64,000 bases of DNA from an uncultured Eubacteriales bacterium (GTDB taxonomy: Bacteria; Bacillota; Clostridia; Lachnospirales; CAZQDT01): positions 18,258-82,257 of the forward strand of contig CAZWZB010000014.1 in the NCBI GenBank assembly GCA_964638835.1, written 5' to 3'. The notes below the pieces were generated by a model. It was not told the DNA's origin. It searched no databases and was given only the letters and a program-made list of their open reading frames with translations. This document shows positions 47,874 through 57,741 of this stretch, in pieces. The stretch's first letter is position 1; each line of letters begins with the position of its first letter. A program made the translations under genes and the position numbers.

Positions 47874-49136
47874 TTAATAACTATAAATATCTTCAAATGA
47901 AAAATAAAATACATTTTCTTTCCTTAATATATTTTTTTCATCCATTGTTTCTTCCCATAAGCGGTCAAAGTTTTCATTGGATATTGATAATAGTCCATTT
48001 CTTTCAATATTGGAATACTCTATTTTGGTACCATCAATAAAGTGTCTTGGATAACACATAACTGCATTTTCTGACATGAAAGAATTTCTTTTAATTTTAC
48101 CATCTTCCATTTCATATAGATAGGCAACTGTTATCATGCCAGTATCATAAATAAAAACCAATCCATATAAATCATCATACTTATTTTCATATACATATGC
48201 CTGCGAATTAATTATATTATCAAATTCATGTTCAAGCTTTTTTACATTATTGTTTTCATATGTATAAACATAGCCGTAGTCAGGCATATCCTTTTCAGTT
48301 ACAAGTAATTCTGGTATTCCATTTTTATCAAAATCAAAAAGAGAGTATGTATAATCGTCATTTCCTTGTGCATTAATTATAAAATTTTCATATAAAAATT
48401 CAGTGTAAGTGTAACGCCAGTCACGATATTTTTTGTTTGATTCTTTACATTTTTCAATAATTTGATTTTTTAACTCTGGAAATTTTGAGTTAATATTCAC
48501 AGTAAAATCTAAATTTTCTTTTAAGAAGTTATCATACTCTTCTAATGTATCTATTTTTTGTATTAATTCAAACTTATATTCTCCTTCATGATATTTCACA
48601 GAGAAAAACTCGCAAAAACCATTGTACTCCACTGAGCCAATCTCAAGTATGACTTCTCCTGACTTATCCTTGTGAAATGAATAATGTCCAGAATTAATTA
48701 TTTTCATATTTTTAATATATTCATCTTCTTTATAACAGTAAATATAACTGTATATTTCGTCGGATTCAATAAAATTAAATGTAACAATTACAACAGGGGC
48801 AGTGCCACCCAAGTCATACAACTCGAATTCCATAGGTGTATAATTACCTTCTATGCCAACTGGAAAAAGGTTTTCATTGTTTTCAAGTGAATTTTCACTA
48901 CTTATAAATTTAATAATATAACTTTCAAACATAATGGGATACTTTGAAACAATAAGTTTATCTAACGCATTTTCCCAATCTGATTGTTTTACATTTTCCT
49001 TTGTTAAAGTTGATGCTTGTGAACTTAGAGGTAGCTTTTCCGTTGTGGACTTAATTGGTGTTATAATTTCACTTTTTTCACATGAAGTAAACACCAGTGT
49101 AATGAAGATGTAAAATAGGAATAACAATTTTTTCAA
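47874..49136 (-). CDS. Hypothetical lipoprotein (420 aa)
   Basis: Signal peptide with lipobox FTSC. No catalytic motif recognised. Confidence 0.6.
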   Translation of the reverse strand: MKKLLFLFYIFITLVFTSCEKSEIITPIKSTTEKLPLSSQASTLTKENVKQSDWENALDKLIVSKYPIMFESYIIKFISSENSLENNENLFPVGIEGNYTPMEFELYDLGGTAPVVIVTFNFIESDEIYSYIYCYKEDEYIKNMKIINSGHYSFHKDKSGEVILEIGSVEYNGFCEFFSVKYHEGEYKFELIQKIDTLEEYDNFLKENLDFTVNINSKFPELKNQIIEKCKESNKKYRDWRYTYTEFLYENFIINAQGNDDYTYSLFDFDKNGIPELLVTEKDMPDYGYVYTYENNNVKKLEHEFDNIINSQAYVYENKYDDLYGLVFIYDTGMITVAYLYEMEDGKIKRNSFMSENAVMCYPRHFIDGTKIEYSNIERNGLLSISNENFDRLWEETMDEKNILRKENVFYFSFEDIYSY

Positions 49137-49355
49137 TTTTTAACCTCCTTAATATATTTTTTTAATACTTTGCATATTTCTATTATCAATACACAAAATA
49201 AAAAAATTTATTAATAAGTTTAACATAATTTTATTTGTATTAAAAGCACAAAATCATAAATACTAAGTAGTGTGTTCCTATGCTACATTTTTGACACTCC
49301 GCAAAAACTATTCCACATCTAAGTTCCTATCTTTTAGAATAGTGAGTTATTAATA

Positions 49356-50054
49356 TTAACATAATTCTAAATATATTTCTTCAATATTTTTATTTTGTGT
49401 TAATTCTTTAATATTACCACTTAATTGTACATTTCCTTTGTTTAAAAAAATTATATTAGTACAATGTTTCTCAACATCATATAACATATGAGAAGATATT
49501 AAAAAAGCAGTTCCCATCTTTGAAAAAGTAGAAATTAAATCATATAATTCTTTCATTCCACGATGGTCTAATGCATTTATTGGTTCATCTAAAATTATAA
49601 GTTTAGGTTTTTTTAAAATTGTTCTTGCAACAGCTAATCTTTGTTTCATACCAGAAGAATATTGGTGGACTTTTTTGTTAGCTTCTTTTGATAAACCAAC
49701 CATTTCAAGAACTTCATTAACACTATAACAATCTTCTTTACATAAATTATAAATTAATTTTATATTTTCGTATCCTGTTAAATTTTCATAATGCAAAAAT
49801 TTATCAAAGCACATTCCAATATTTTTTATAGCTTTCGTATATTCTTTATCAATATCATACCCACCAATTAATACTTGACCACTATTTTTTTTGATTAATC
49901 CTGTTGCTAAACCCATAATAGTGGTTTTTCCCGAACCATTTGCACCAACTATCCCACATACTTCACCTTCATTAATTGAAAAACTAGCTTTATGTATTAT
50001 TTCGGCTTTACCATAGGATTTACATACATCAATAAGTTTGATAGCTTCTTTCAT
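49356..50054 (-). CDS. ABC transporter ATP-binding protein
   Basis: Walker A GANGSGKTT, signature SSGMKQRL, Walker B LIILDEP. Confidence 0.88.
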   Translation of the reverse strand: MKEAIKLIDVCKSYGKAEIIHKASFSINEGEVCGIVGANGSGKTTIMGLATGLIKKNSGQVLIGGYDIDKEYTKAIKNIGMCFDKFLHYENLTGYENIKLIYNLCKEDCYSVNEVLEMVGLSKEANKKVHQYSSGMKQRLAVARTILKKPKLIILDEPINALDHRGMKELYDLISTFSKMGTAFLISSHMLYDVEKHCTNIIFLNKGNVQLSGNIKELTQNKNIEEIYLELC

Positions 50055-50073
50055 ATTAATTAACTCCTTTTTA

Positions 50074-50931
50074 TTATAAATCTGTATTCAAAAATTTAAA
50101 TTTTGCAAAGAGGTATATAATATATCCAGTTGAAATACATACAATTGTCCCTAATATACATTCTTTACTTGATAGATAAGTTACATCTACATAATCACCT
50201 TGATGTTCAATAAAAATAAATTTATTTACATAAAAAACAAAAGTAAACTTCGCTAAAGAAGGAAATGTTCCTCTAATAAATATAAATATTAAATAAGATA
50301 TAAAACTAAATGCTACTACTTTAATTTTATTTTTAAAGATTATACTAAATAAAAATGCCACATTAATAATAGTAAAATGATAGATATATTGAAATAAAAA
50401 TAATTTTAAAGATAGTATTATTATATTTAAATTTAAAGGTGGAATTAAAACAGGAAACATTGTAGCAGTAGCATAAATTTGAGATGACTTATTATATAAA
50501 TATCTTAACGGTAATCCTATAATTAAAGATAATATAACAGTTGCTAATAGCATTATTATAATTAATAAATTAATTGAAATCCATTTTGAGAATAAAATTT
50601 CTTTACGCGAAAACCCATGAAATAAATGTAATATTATTGTTCGTTTTTGTATTTCATCTGTAAAATATATGCACACTATTAGTATAAAAAATATAGGGAA
50701 AATTATATAAGATATAGGATAAGCAAAAATAATACTAGGATAATTATTCATAAATACAGGACGTACAATATATAACATAATACCAGTATCTTCTGATATG
50801 TAAATAGCTTGAAAAATATAAATAAAAACATAATTAAATAAACTAAAAATAATAAATAAAAAAATCATATAAATATATTTACTAATTATTATCTTGTAAA
50901 TATTTTCTTTAACTAGTTTAAGTGTGTTCAT
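50074..50931 (-). CDS. ABC-2-type permease-like integral membrane protein
   Basis: 285 aa, polytopic, immediately upstream of the ATPase gene. Confidence 0.55.
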   Translation of the reverse strand: MNTLKLVKENIYKIIISKYIYMIFLFIIFSLFNYVFIYIFQAIYISEDTGIMLYIVRPVFMNNYPSIIFAYPISYIIFPIFFILIVCIYFTDEIQKRTIILHLFHGFSRKEILFSKWISINLLIIIMLLATVILSLIIGLPLRYLYNKSSQIYATATMFPVLIPPLNLNIIILSLKLFLFQYIYHFTIINVAFLFSIIFKNKIKVVAFSFISYLIFIFIRGTFPSLAKFTFVFYVNKFIFIEHQGDYVDVTYLSSKECILGTIVCISTGYIIYLFAKFKFLNTDL

Positions 50932-50946
50932 ATTGTAAACCTCCTT

Positions 50947-51609
50947 TTATTTATTAAATTCAATATTCTTAAAATTTACAATAATTCTAAAATAAATTAT
51001 AATATTAATAAAACTAAAAATTATAAAATAACCAATAACTACTGATAACTTAGTATCTTTTTCCATAAGATACTTATATAAAAAATCCCAATATATAAAA
51101 TAAAAAATATAAAAAAATAATGCTAGTGAAATTACAATACTTATAATTCCTTTAAATATATTTTTATTAAATAATATTAGAATATTTATAAAGCTATTAA
51201 CTATAAAAAAATGATATAATAAACATAAAATACATGTTAAAATAATGTCAAATACCATAGCATTATTAAATAAAAACAGCAATTTATTATTAAAAAATGG
51301 AATTATAAATAAAATAATATAAATTGATATATATGGAACTAAGAACATAATTATAACGCAAATATATAATGTATTTATTTGTGAGAGTATAATCTTTGTG
51401 GGAGAATATCCTAATAGTAATTCAACTCTATTTTGGTTATTTTCTAATGTATTAAAGTATATAGTATAAATTAAAATAATAGTAAATACTGGCATAATTA
51501 AAATTATCATTATAAAAATAAAACTTATTCTAATAATATCTAAAGAAATTATATCTGTTGACTTAATTTGCTCTATTAATTCAAGGACATAAATAAAAGA
51601 AGCTAACAT
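50947..51609 (-). CDS. Integral membrane protein, probable second permease component
   Basis: 220 aa, polytopic. The start is uncertain because the frame stays open upstream without a canonical start. Confidence 0.45.
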   Translation of the reverse strand: MLASFIYVLELIEQIKSTDIISLDIIRISFIFIMIILIMPVFTIILIYTIYFNTLENNQNRVELLLGYSPTKIILSQINTLYICVIIMFLVPYISIYIILFIIPFFNNKLLFLFNNAMVFDIILTCILCLLYHFFIVNSFINILILFNKNIFKGIISIVISLALFFYIFYFIYWDFLYKYLMEKDTKLSVVIGYFIIFSFINIIIYFRIIVNFKNIEFNK

Positions 51610-51851
51610 AATTACACCAGTGAAAAAATAAATTAATCTATTTTTATGTATAAGAAATAAATTCTTTTTTATTAAAGATAAAATAACAATCCCCTCCTTT
51701 TAAGTTTTATAAATTAAGAGTAAAACAGCTACTCTTTAGAGTAGTTAGCTATTAACATAAATAAGTTAATATAGATTATCCATTTTTTATTATTTAATAA
51801 TATTATCTTATAATATCTAACATAAGTTGTCAATATATTATAAAAATATCT

Positions 51852-51895
51852 TAAGGGTAATAAGAACAATTCTAAATCTATTCTTATTACCCTTA
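51852..51895. repeat. Long hairpin, copy 1 (AAGGGTAATAAGAA stem)
   Basis: TAAGGGTAATAAGAA (51852-51866) / TTCTTATTACCCTTA (51881-51895). Nearly the same stem sequence recurs at 52517-52563. Confidence 0.8.
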
Positions 51896-51932
51896 GTATA
51901 TATTTTTGAGGGTGCTAATTAAACATTAAACG

Positions 51933-51950
51933 GAACAGATAAATCTGTTC
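51933..51950 (+). repeat. GGAAC-type hairpin (family 2)
   Basis: GAACAGAT-AA-ATCTGTTC. Together with its flanks (AACGGAACAGATAAATCTGTTCTCTAC) it matches the reverse complement of 40305-40335. Confidence 0.6.
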
Positions 51951-52237
51951 TCTACAAATTCGTATTATGGCAAAACTATATAATCTACAATTAAAAAAAT
52001 ATCAAAAATTCTGACATTCTGGAGAAAATGACATCTCAACACTTAGTATTTTAAATCATTCTATAATAACCACTCTCACATTTTTTTTAATATAGATATA
52101 TTTACGTGCTTTTGAATGTCTAATAACTTAAATATAAGAAATAAAATATCAATTTGAAAATATTTTAAAAATAAAGTATTATATTAATATAAAATAAAGG
52201 AAAGTGCTAAATAAATATACTTGTAAGGAGGAATATT

Positions 52238-52498
52238 ATGTATTTGCTAGTTACTGTACCAAGCAAAAATCTATCAAGTTGTGGAAAATGTGAACAATTT
52301 TTAGAAGTTTTAAATATTTATGAGCAGTTTGTTTCCAATCCAAATGCAAATATAATTGCGATATTTGCATATGAAAATCATGTTAAGTATTTATGCAAAA
52401 AATTAAATTTTGATTTTATAGTAGTAAGAGATAGTATTTTAAAACACAAACCATTAAAATATAAAGATTATATATCAAATTGGATACAAGAATATTAA
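52238..52498 (+). CDS. Small CxxC protein, possibly a truncated thioredoxin-fold (redoxin-like) remnant
   Basis: 86 aa, SD AAGGAGG. The SCGKCEQF..(I)IAIF....HVKYLCKKLNFDFIVVRD pattern resembles the N-terminal half of TlpA/redoxin proteins but is too short for a full fold. Confidence 0.35.
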   Translation: MYLLVTVPSKNLSSCGKCEQFLEVLNIYEQFVSNPNANIIAIFAYENHVKYLCKKLNFDFIVVRDSILKHKPLKYKDYISNWIQEY

Positions 52499-52516
52499 TA
52501 TTAAGTTTTAAATAGA

Positions 52517-52563
52517 TTAAGGGTAACAAGAACAATTTTAAAGTTGTTCTTATTACCCTTAAT
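52517..52563. repeat. Long hairpin, copy 2; also a bidirectional terminator
   Basis: ATTAAGGGTAACAAGAACAA / TTGTTCTTATTACCCTTAAT (one mismatch), between convergent genes. Confidence 0.8.
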
Positions 52564-52583
52564 TAAAGTATTTTTATTTTGAA

Positions 52584-54011
52584 TTATTTTTCACTTATAG
52601 TTCCATTAAAAAATTCGTTCATTCTTTCACTCATATTTTCAAATTGTCTTTTACTTACTAAAAACTCCTGTGTTCCATTTTTATCAAACACATAATATTT
52701 ATCATCATACTTATAATATTTTGCTTCAAATACTTTACCATTATCTAATTCTAAGGTCATAGATATATCTGGTTTACCTGTTAACTTTTCTCCTTTGTAT
52801 TCTGAGTCAACCATAATACCTATAAAGTTTTGATAAAGTTTTTGAAAGTCTTCTTCTGGATACTCTTTACCATCTACAGTGCAAGATGTAATAGTATCTT
52901 CGTATCCATCTTCATCAACTTCTACTGTATTTGTTACATCAAAAGTAGTTGTTTTATTGTCTTTATTAATAACTACTTTTTTAATACTATCTATATTGAA
53001 AATTAAACAAAATCTATCTATGATACTAAAAGTATCTATATTCATAAATTTATCTACTGTTGATTTGCTAAAAGTATAGATATCATTAGAATTTGCTTGT
53101 TTAAAGTACACTCCTCCATCTTCAGCAGAATTTCCAAAATATAAATGTACTTCTGAATCTTCTATATCTTTAACCCACAATTCAAGTTCTGGTTCATCTA
53201 ATCCATATTTATCTAAAGAAGTTGGATTACTTTCTACAAAGTTTTTTATTGATGAATTAAAGTTAGATGTACTTTGTAATAATTCCATTACATTATCATT
53301 ATTACCTAAGCTTCTAGGTTTTTCATATGGTTTAGTTATTTTCCACATAGATAAACTATGCCATATTTCATATTTATCATCTGAGTTTTCATCCATAAGA
53401 CTTATTTCTATTTCAGGTTTACCTTTTTGTGCTATATAAAGATAACTTACACCTTCTGAATTTATAGTTGGTATTTGTTCTTTTTGTACTAAATCAGACA
53501 TGGTATAGTTAAATGAACTTTTATAACCATATCCTAACATATATACAGTGTTAGTTCCTTCTTGCATAAAATAATTTCCTTCACCTGTTGGAACTTGATT
53601 ACCCATTAAAAAAGTATATGAGTTGTTATCAGCTAAAGTTATTTTTATTTTATTTGCTTTATCTAAACCATATATTGATAAATCCTTAGCATTTTCTTCT
53701 ACAATTAATTCTGCATTTATTTCAGACATTGTATTGGTTATATTATTTATAATACTTTGATTAGCTTCCATGTTCTTGTTTTCTTCTATAATCCAATTTT
53801 CTTCTTTTAAGAGTGTTAAATTTCTTTCACTTGATAAAAGTTCAATTTTAACAATATCTTCTGGATTAAAAGTTATAACTTGTATTCTTTCTTTTGTTGT
53901 TGTTTCTTCAACTTGTTCTGATTGTTTAGGATTTAAACGTATATATGAATATGTTCCTATAAGTATTGTAAGTACAATGAAAACTATTACAATACGTAAA
54001 GATTTCTTCAT
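52584..54011 (-). CDS. DUF4340-like protein (N-terminal TM anchor)
   Basis: 475 aa. Last gene of the gldA/F/G-like cluster, the usual position of DUF4340 proteins. Start overlaps the upstream stop. Confidence 0.6.
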   Translation of the reverse strand: MKKSLRIVIVFIVLTILIGTYSYIRLNPKQSEQVEETTTKERIQVITFNPEDIVKIELLSSERNLTLLKEENWIIEENKNMEANQSIINNITNTMSEINAELIVEENAKDLSIYGLDKANKIKITLADNNSYTFLMGNQVPTGEGNYFMQEGTNTVYMLGYGYKSSFNYTMSDLVQKEQIPTINSEGVSYLYIAQKGKPEIEISLMDENSDDKYEIWHSLSMWKITKPYEKPRSLGNNDNVMELLQSTSNFNSSIKNFVESNPTSLDKYGLDEPELELWVKDIEDSEVHLYFGNSAEDGGVYFKQANSNDIYTFSKSTVDKFMNIDTFSIIDRFCLIFNIDSIKKVVINKDNKTTTFDVTNTVEVDEDGYEDTITSCTVDGKEYPEEDFQKLYQNFIGIMVDSEYKGEKLTGKPDISMTLELDNGKVFEAKYYKYDDKYYVFDKNGTQEFLVSKRQFENMSERMNEFFNGTISEK

Positions 54012-55498
54012 TATTTATTTCGCCTCCTTAACCATACCACTACACCTATAGCAAGTATTAATATTGGTAACAATATAACAGAAACACCTAATATTATTAA
54101 TGCTTGTGTTTGATTTAATGCTAAAGGTTCAATTGCTAAAGATTTAGGACGTATATAAATACTATCTTGTTTATCTACAAGGAAATTTATACAATTCATA
54201 AAGAAATCAACATTAGCACCAGCACTAAGCATATTTGCTTCTAAAAGATTATTACTTGATATAACTATAACTTTTGTTTGAAAGCTTACTTTATCATTAA
54301 ACCAACTATCTTCTATTAAAACAGCTAAGTTAAAAGGACCATCTATATCGGAAGCTTCTTTTTCTATAGTTACAGAATTCATATCACCTTTAGCATAAGC
54401 TGAATTAGATGTAGTTAATAAAGGTGTTATTTTTGTATTGGCTGTTTTTGCACTTAAACTTTCTATAGCTTGTGTCATTGGTAAAACAACTCTAAGTTTA
54501 TTATTTGTTAAAGGTGTTGTTATATCATGAGCTTCAATGTTAGGTACAAGATATAATGGATTGTTTTGTAATGCATTATTACCACTACCTTCGATTATAG
54601 GTAAATTCTGAGGTTTTACTGCATAAGCAGCTAGTACACTTTCAAAGTTAGGCATTTCATTAGTATACATACCTAATAAAAATACAGCTCTACCACCCTT
54701 TGTAAGGTACTCAACTATCATATCTTTTTCTTCTTTTGAATAGTCACGATTAGGTTGAGTTATTATAAGTAAGTCTGTGTCTTCTGGAACTGAACCATCA
54801 ATTAATAAATCTAAAGTTTTAACTTCATAATTTTCATCTGTTAATGCTTGTTCTGTTTCTTCATTTAATTTAACTTCGCTATGTCCTTCTAAAATATATG
54901 CGATAGGTAAATCATCTGTTGTAACATATTTTATAGCATTTGTAACTTTTGATTCAAGTGATATACCTGTAGCTTCATATTGATACGTAGATTGATTCAT
55001 TTGATAATCTACAAGGTCATATCTACTTAATACTTTAAATCTATTACCAGATTCTACTATAAGACTTCCTACTCCTATTGTTTCTTCATCCTTTATATAC
55101 TTTTGTATAAATTGTGGATTAAGATTAGGGTCTTTTGTAGTTATAGTAATTTTGTTAGAAAGTGATTTATATTTATCCAACATTTCCATAAATTGAATGT
55201 CTTCATTTCCCGTAGGATAAATACCATATATAGTTATATCTTTATCAAGGTTTGATACAATTTGTTTAGTTTGGTCTGATAAAGAGAACATTTTATTTTT
55301 TGTTAAGTCGAACTTTAAACCAAATTGGTCGATTACTAAATTTAATATTATAATTACTGCTACTACTGCTATTGTCATAACGGAAGCATATGCACCATAT
55401 TGAGTTCGTTTATTTAATAAATCATTTTTCAATGAATTTTTTTTATTTTCTTTTATTTCTATTTCATTTTCTTCATTATTAATATTATTTTCATTCAT
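54011..55498 (-). CDS. GldG-like ABC-transporter-associated protein
   Basis: 495 aa with N- and C-terminal TM helices and a large extracytoplasmic domain. Follows the ABC-2 permease as in gldA-gldF-gldG clusters. Confidence 0.65.
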   Translation of the reverse strand: MNENNINNEENEIEIKENKKNSLKNDLLNKRTQYGAYASVMTIAVVAVIIILNLVIDQFGLKFDLTKNKMFSLSDQTKQIVSNLDKDITIYGIYPTGNEDIQFMEMLDKYKSLSNKITITTKDPNLNPQFIQKYIKDEETIGVGSLIVESGNRFKVLSRYDLVDYQMNQSTYQYEATGISLESKVTNAIKYVTTDDLPIAYILEGHSEVKLNEETEQALTDENYEVKTLDLLIDGSVPEDTDLLIITQPNRDYSKEEKDMIVEYLTKGGRAVFLLGMYTNEMPNFESVLAAYAVKPQNLPIIEGSGNNALQNNPLYLVPNIEAHDITTPLTNNKLRVVLPMTQAIESLSAKTANTKITPLLTTSNSAYAKGDMNSVTIEKEASDIDGPFNLAVLIEDSWFNDKVSFQTKVIVISSNNLLEANMLSAGANVDFFMNCINFLVDKQDSIYIRPKSLAIEPLALNQTQALIILGVSVILLPILILAIGVVVWLRRRNK

Positions 55499-55516
55499 TT
55501 TAAATATGCCTCCCCT

Positions 55517-56380
55517 CTAGCTCCATCTTCTTTTTTCAATTGCTTGTATTGTTAAATATACAAATATAGCTGCAAATGATATATAGTAAGCTATTGAGCT
55601 AACATCAAAAACACCCATATAAAAGTTATCAAATCTTCTCATTATTGAAAACCAACTAAATACATTAATCATTAATCCGTCAAATATAGTTGGTACTAAA
55701 ACATAAAGACCTATTATTATGGCAATACCTAATATTAATGTGGCAATTGCTATATAAGTGCTTTTTATATTGTTATAAGCGAAAAATGCTAATATACCTA
55801 CAAGTATTATTGCAAATATAACAGAAGCTATTCTACTTGATGGTAAACCTTGAACAATAGTATCCATTATATACATGGCAAGTAATGCACCAAAACTTCC
55901 TACAGCAGCAATAATTTGATTTTCAGTTAATGCTGATATAAATAAACCTACAGCTATAAAGCAAGTACCTACTAAAAAAAAGCCAATAAAAGCTCCAAAT
56001 GTTTCAGCAAAAATTACTTCTCCAAATGGTGTTAACATAAGAGGAAATAAAGCTACAACTAAAACTGCTATTAAAAGTAATGTTACGGCTGCAAAATATT
56101 TACCCAGTACTATACTAGTTACTTTAATTGGTGATGTAAAAAGTAATTGGTCGGTTTTTTGTTTAGTTTCTTCTGCAATTAAACGCATTGTTATAATAGG
56201 AACAAGCAATAAAAATATTAATGAAATAGATGATAATACTACTGTAAAATTACCACTACCCATTAATACACAATAAAGTGAATAAAATATTGCTGTAATC
56301 AATGTAAAAAAAGCAATAAATATATACCCCATCATAGAAGTAAAATATGTTTTTAATTCTTTTTTGAAAATAGCTAACAT
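55517..56380 (-). CDS. ABC-2-family permease (GldF-like)
   Basis: 287 aa, six or more TM helices, abuts the ATPase gene. Confidence 0.75.
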   Translation of the reverse strand: MLAIFKKELKTYFTSMMGYIFIAFFTLITAIFYSLYCVLMGSGNFTVVLSSISLIFLLLVPIITMRLIAEETKQKTDQLLFTSPIKVTSIVLGKYFAAVTLLLIAVLVVALFPLMLTPFGEVIFAETFGAFIGFFLVGTCFIAVGLFISALTENQIIAAVGSFGALLAMYIMDTIVQGLPSSRIASVIFAIILVGILAFFAYNNIKSTYIAIATLILGIAIIIGLYVLVPTIFDGLMINVFSWFSIMRRFDNFYMGVFDVSSIAYYISFAAIFVYLTIQAIEKRRWS

Positions 56381-57328
56381 CTAATTTACCTCCTTACTAT
56401 CGTTTGTAACTTGTAAGAATATTTCTTCAAGTGTCAAATCCATAGATGTCATATTAAGTATAGGATAATCTTTTTGTGCTAAAACTTTAAATACACTTTC
56501 TCTTATATCAGTGTTTTCTTTACCTTCTACAAGTATATCAACTGTTTCAGGTTCTTTAACTGTTTTAAATGCTACTTTTTCTACATTTTCTATACTTCTA
56601 AGAGCAGTTAAAACCTCTTGTTTTTCCCCTTTAACTCTTAAAGACAGACGATTACCCTGACTAAGTCCTTTTGAAAGGTTATCAGGTGTATCTGAGGCAA
56701 CAATTTTCCCTTTATTTATAATAATTACTCTATCACATATAGCACTTATTTCTGAAAGTATATGAGAGCTTAGAATTATTGTATGTTTTTTACCTAAGTT
56801 TTTTATAACATCTCTCATTTCAATAATTTGTTTAGGGTCGAGACCATTTGTTGGTTCGTCAAGTATAAGTACATCAGGATTACCTATAAGTGTTTGAGAT
56901 AAACCAACCCTTTGTTTATATCCTTTAGAAAGATTTTTTATAAGACGATTTTTCATATCAGTTATTTGAGTTACTTCCATTGCAGTTTGTACAACTTTTG
57001 ATTTTTCACTTCTTTTGATATTATTTAAATCTGCAACAAAGTTAAGATATTCTATAACTGTCATATCCATATATAATGGTGGTAGTTCAGGTAAATATCC
57101 TATTCTTTTTTTTGCTTCTTCAGGCTCTTTTAAAATATCATATCCATTTATTTTAACAATACCATCTGTTGAGGATATATAACCTGTAATCATATTCATT
57201 GTTGTTGATTTACCAGCACCATTTGGACCAAGAAAGCCTACTATTTCACCTTCTTCTACTGTGAAACTGATATTATCAACAGCTATGTTCTTACCATACT
57301 TTTTAGTTAAGTTTGAAACTTCTATCAA
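56381..57328 (-). CDS. ABC transporter ATP-binding protein (GldA-like)
   Basis: Walker A GPNGAGKST, signature LSKGYKQRV, Walker B LILDEPT. Confidence 0.9.
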   Translation of the reverse strand: MIEVSNLTKKYGKNIAVDNISFTVEEGEIVGFLGPNGAGKSTTMNMITGYISSTDGIVKINGYDILKEPEEAKKRIGYLPELPPLYMDMTVIEYLNFVADLNNIKRSEKSKVVQTAMEVTQITDMKNRLIKNLSKGYKQRVGLSQTLIGNPDVLILDEPTNGLDPKQIIEMRDVIKNLGKKHTIILSSHILSEISAICDRVIIINKGKIVASDTPDNLSKGLSQGNRLSLRVKGEKQEVLTALRSIENVEKVAFKTVKEPETVDILVEGKENTDIRESVFKVLAQKDYPILNMTSMDLTLEEIFLQVTNDSKEVN

Positions 57329-57741
57329 TGTATTCCCTCCAGTTCTTTATATATATTTACTAAGTATAAAATATAAACATGAATAAATTGTGAATAAAAT
57401 GTAAATATATATACCGATTTTGATTTGATAAGTATATATAACAACTGTATTTTTAGTTTATATTTTCAACTTTATATAATATACTTTCTTAATTATAATA
57501 AAATACGATTTAATTTTCAATAGGTTAATAATAGAGGATTTTTAAATTATGTTTTTATAAAGAAATAACACCCTACTTTTAATCAGATATGATTAAAAAA
57601 TTATATATAATATTATTTATGGATTTAAAAAAATAATATCTATGTTAACTATAAAATAATTTAATATTAAAAATCTTGAATTATAATACTTTTTAATATA
57701 TACTAGTCTAATAAAAAAATTAATATAAAGGAGTAGTTTAC

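Noticed and set aside
51610-51700. Upstream extension of the 220-aa membrane protein ORF toward a GGAGGGGA SD-like sequence.
   Set aside because: The in-frame stretch has no ATG, GTG or TTG at a suitable distance from that SD. The true start stays uncertain, so I kept the ATG at 51609.
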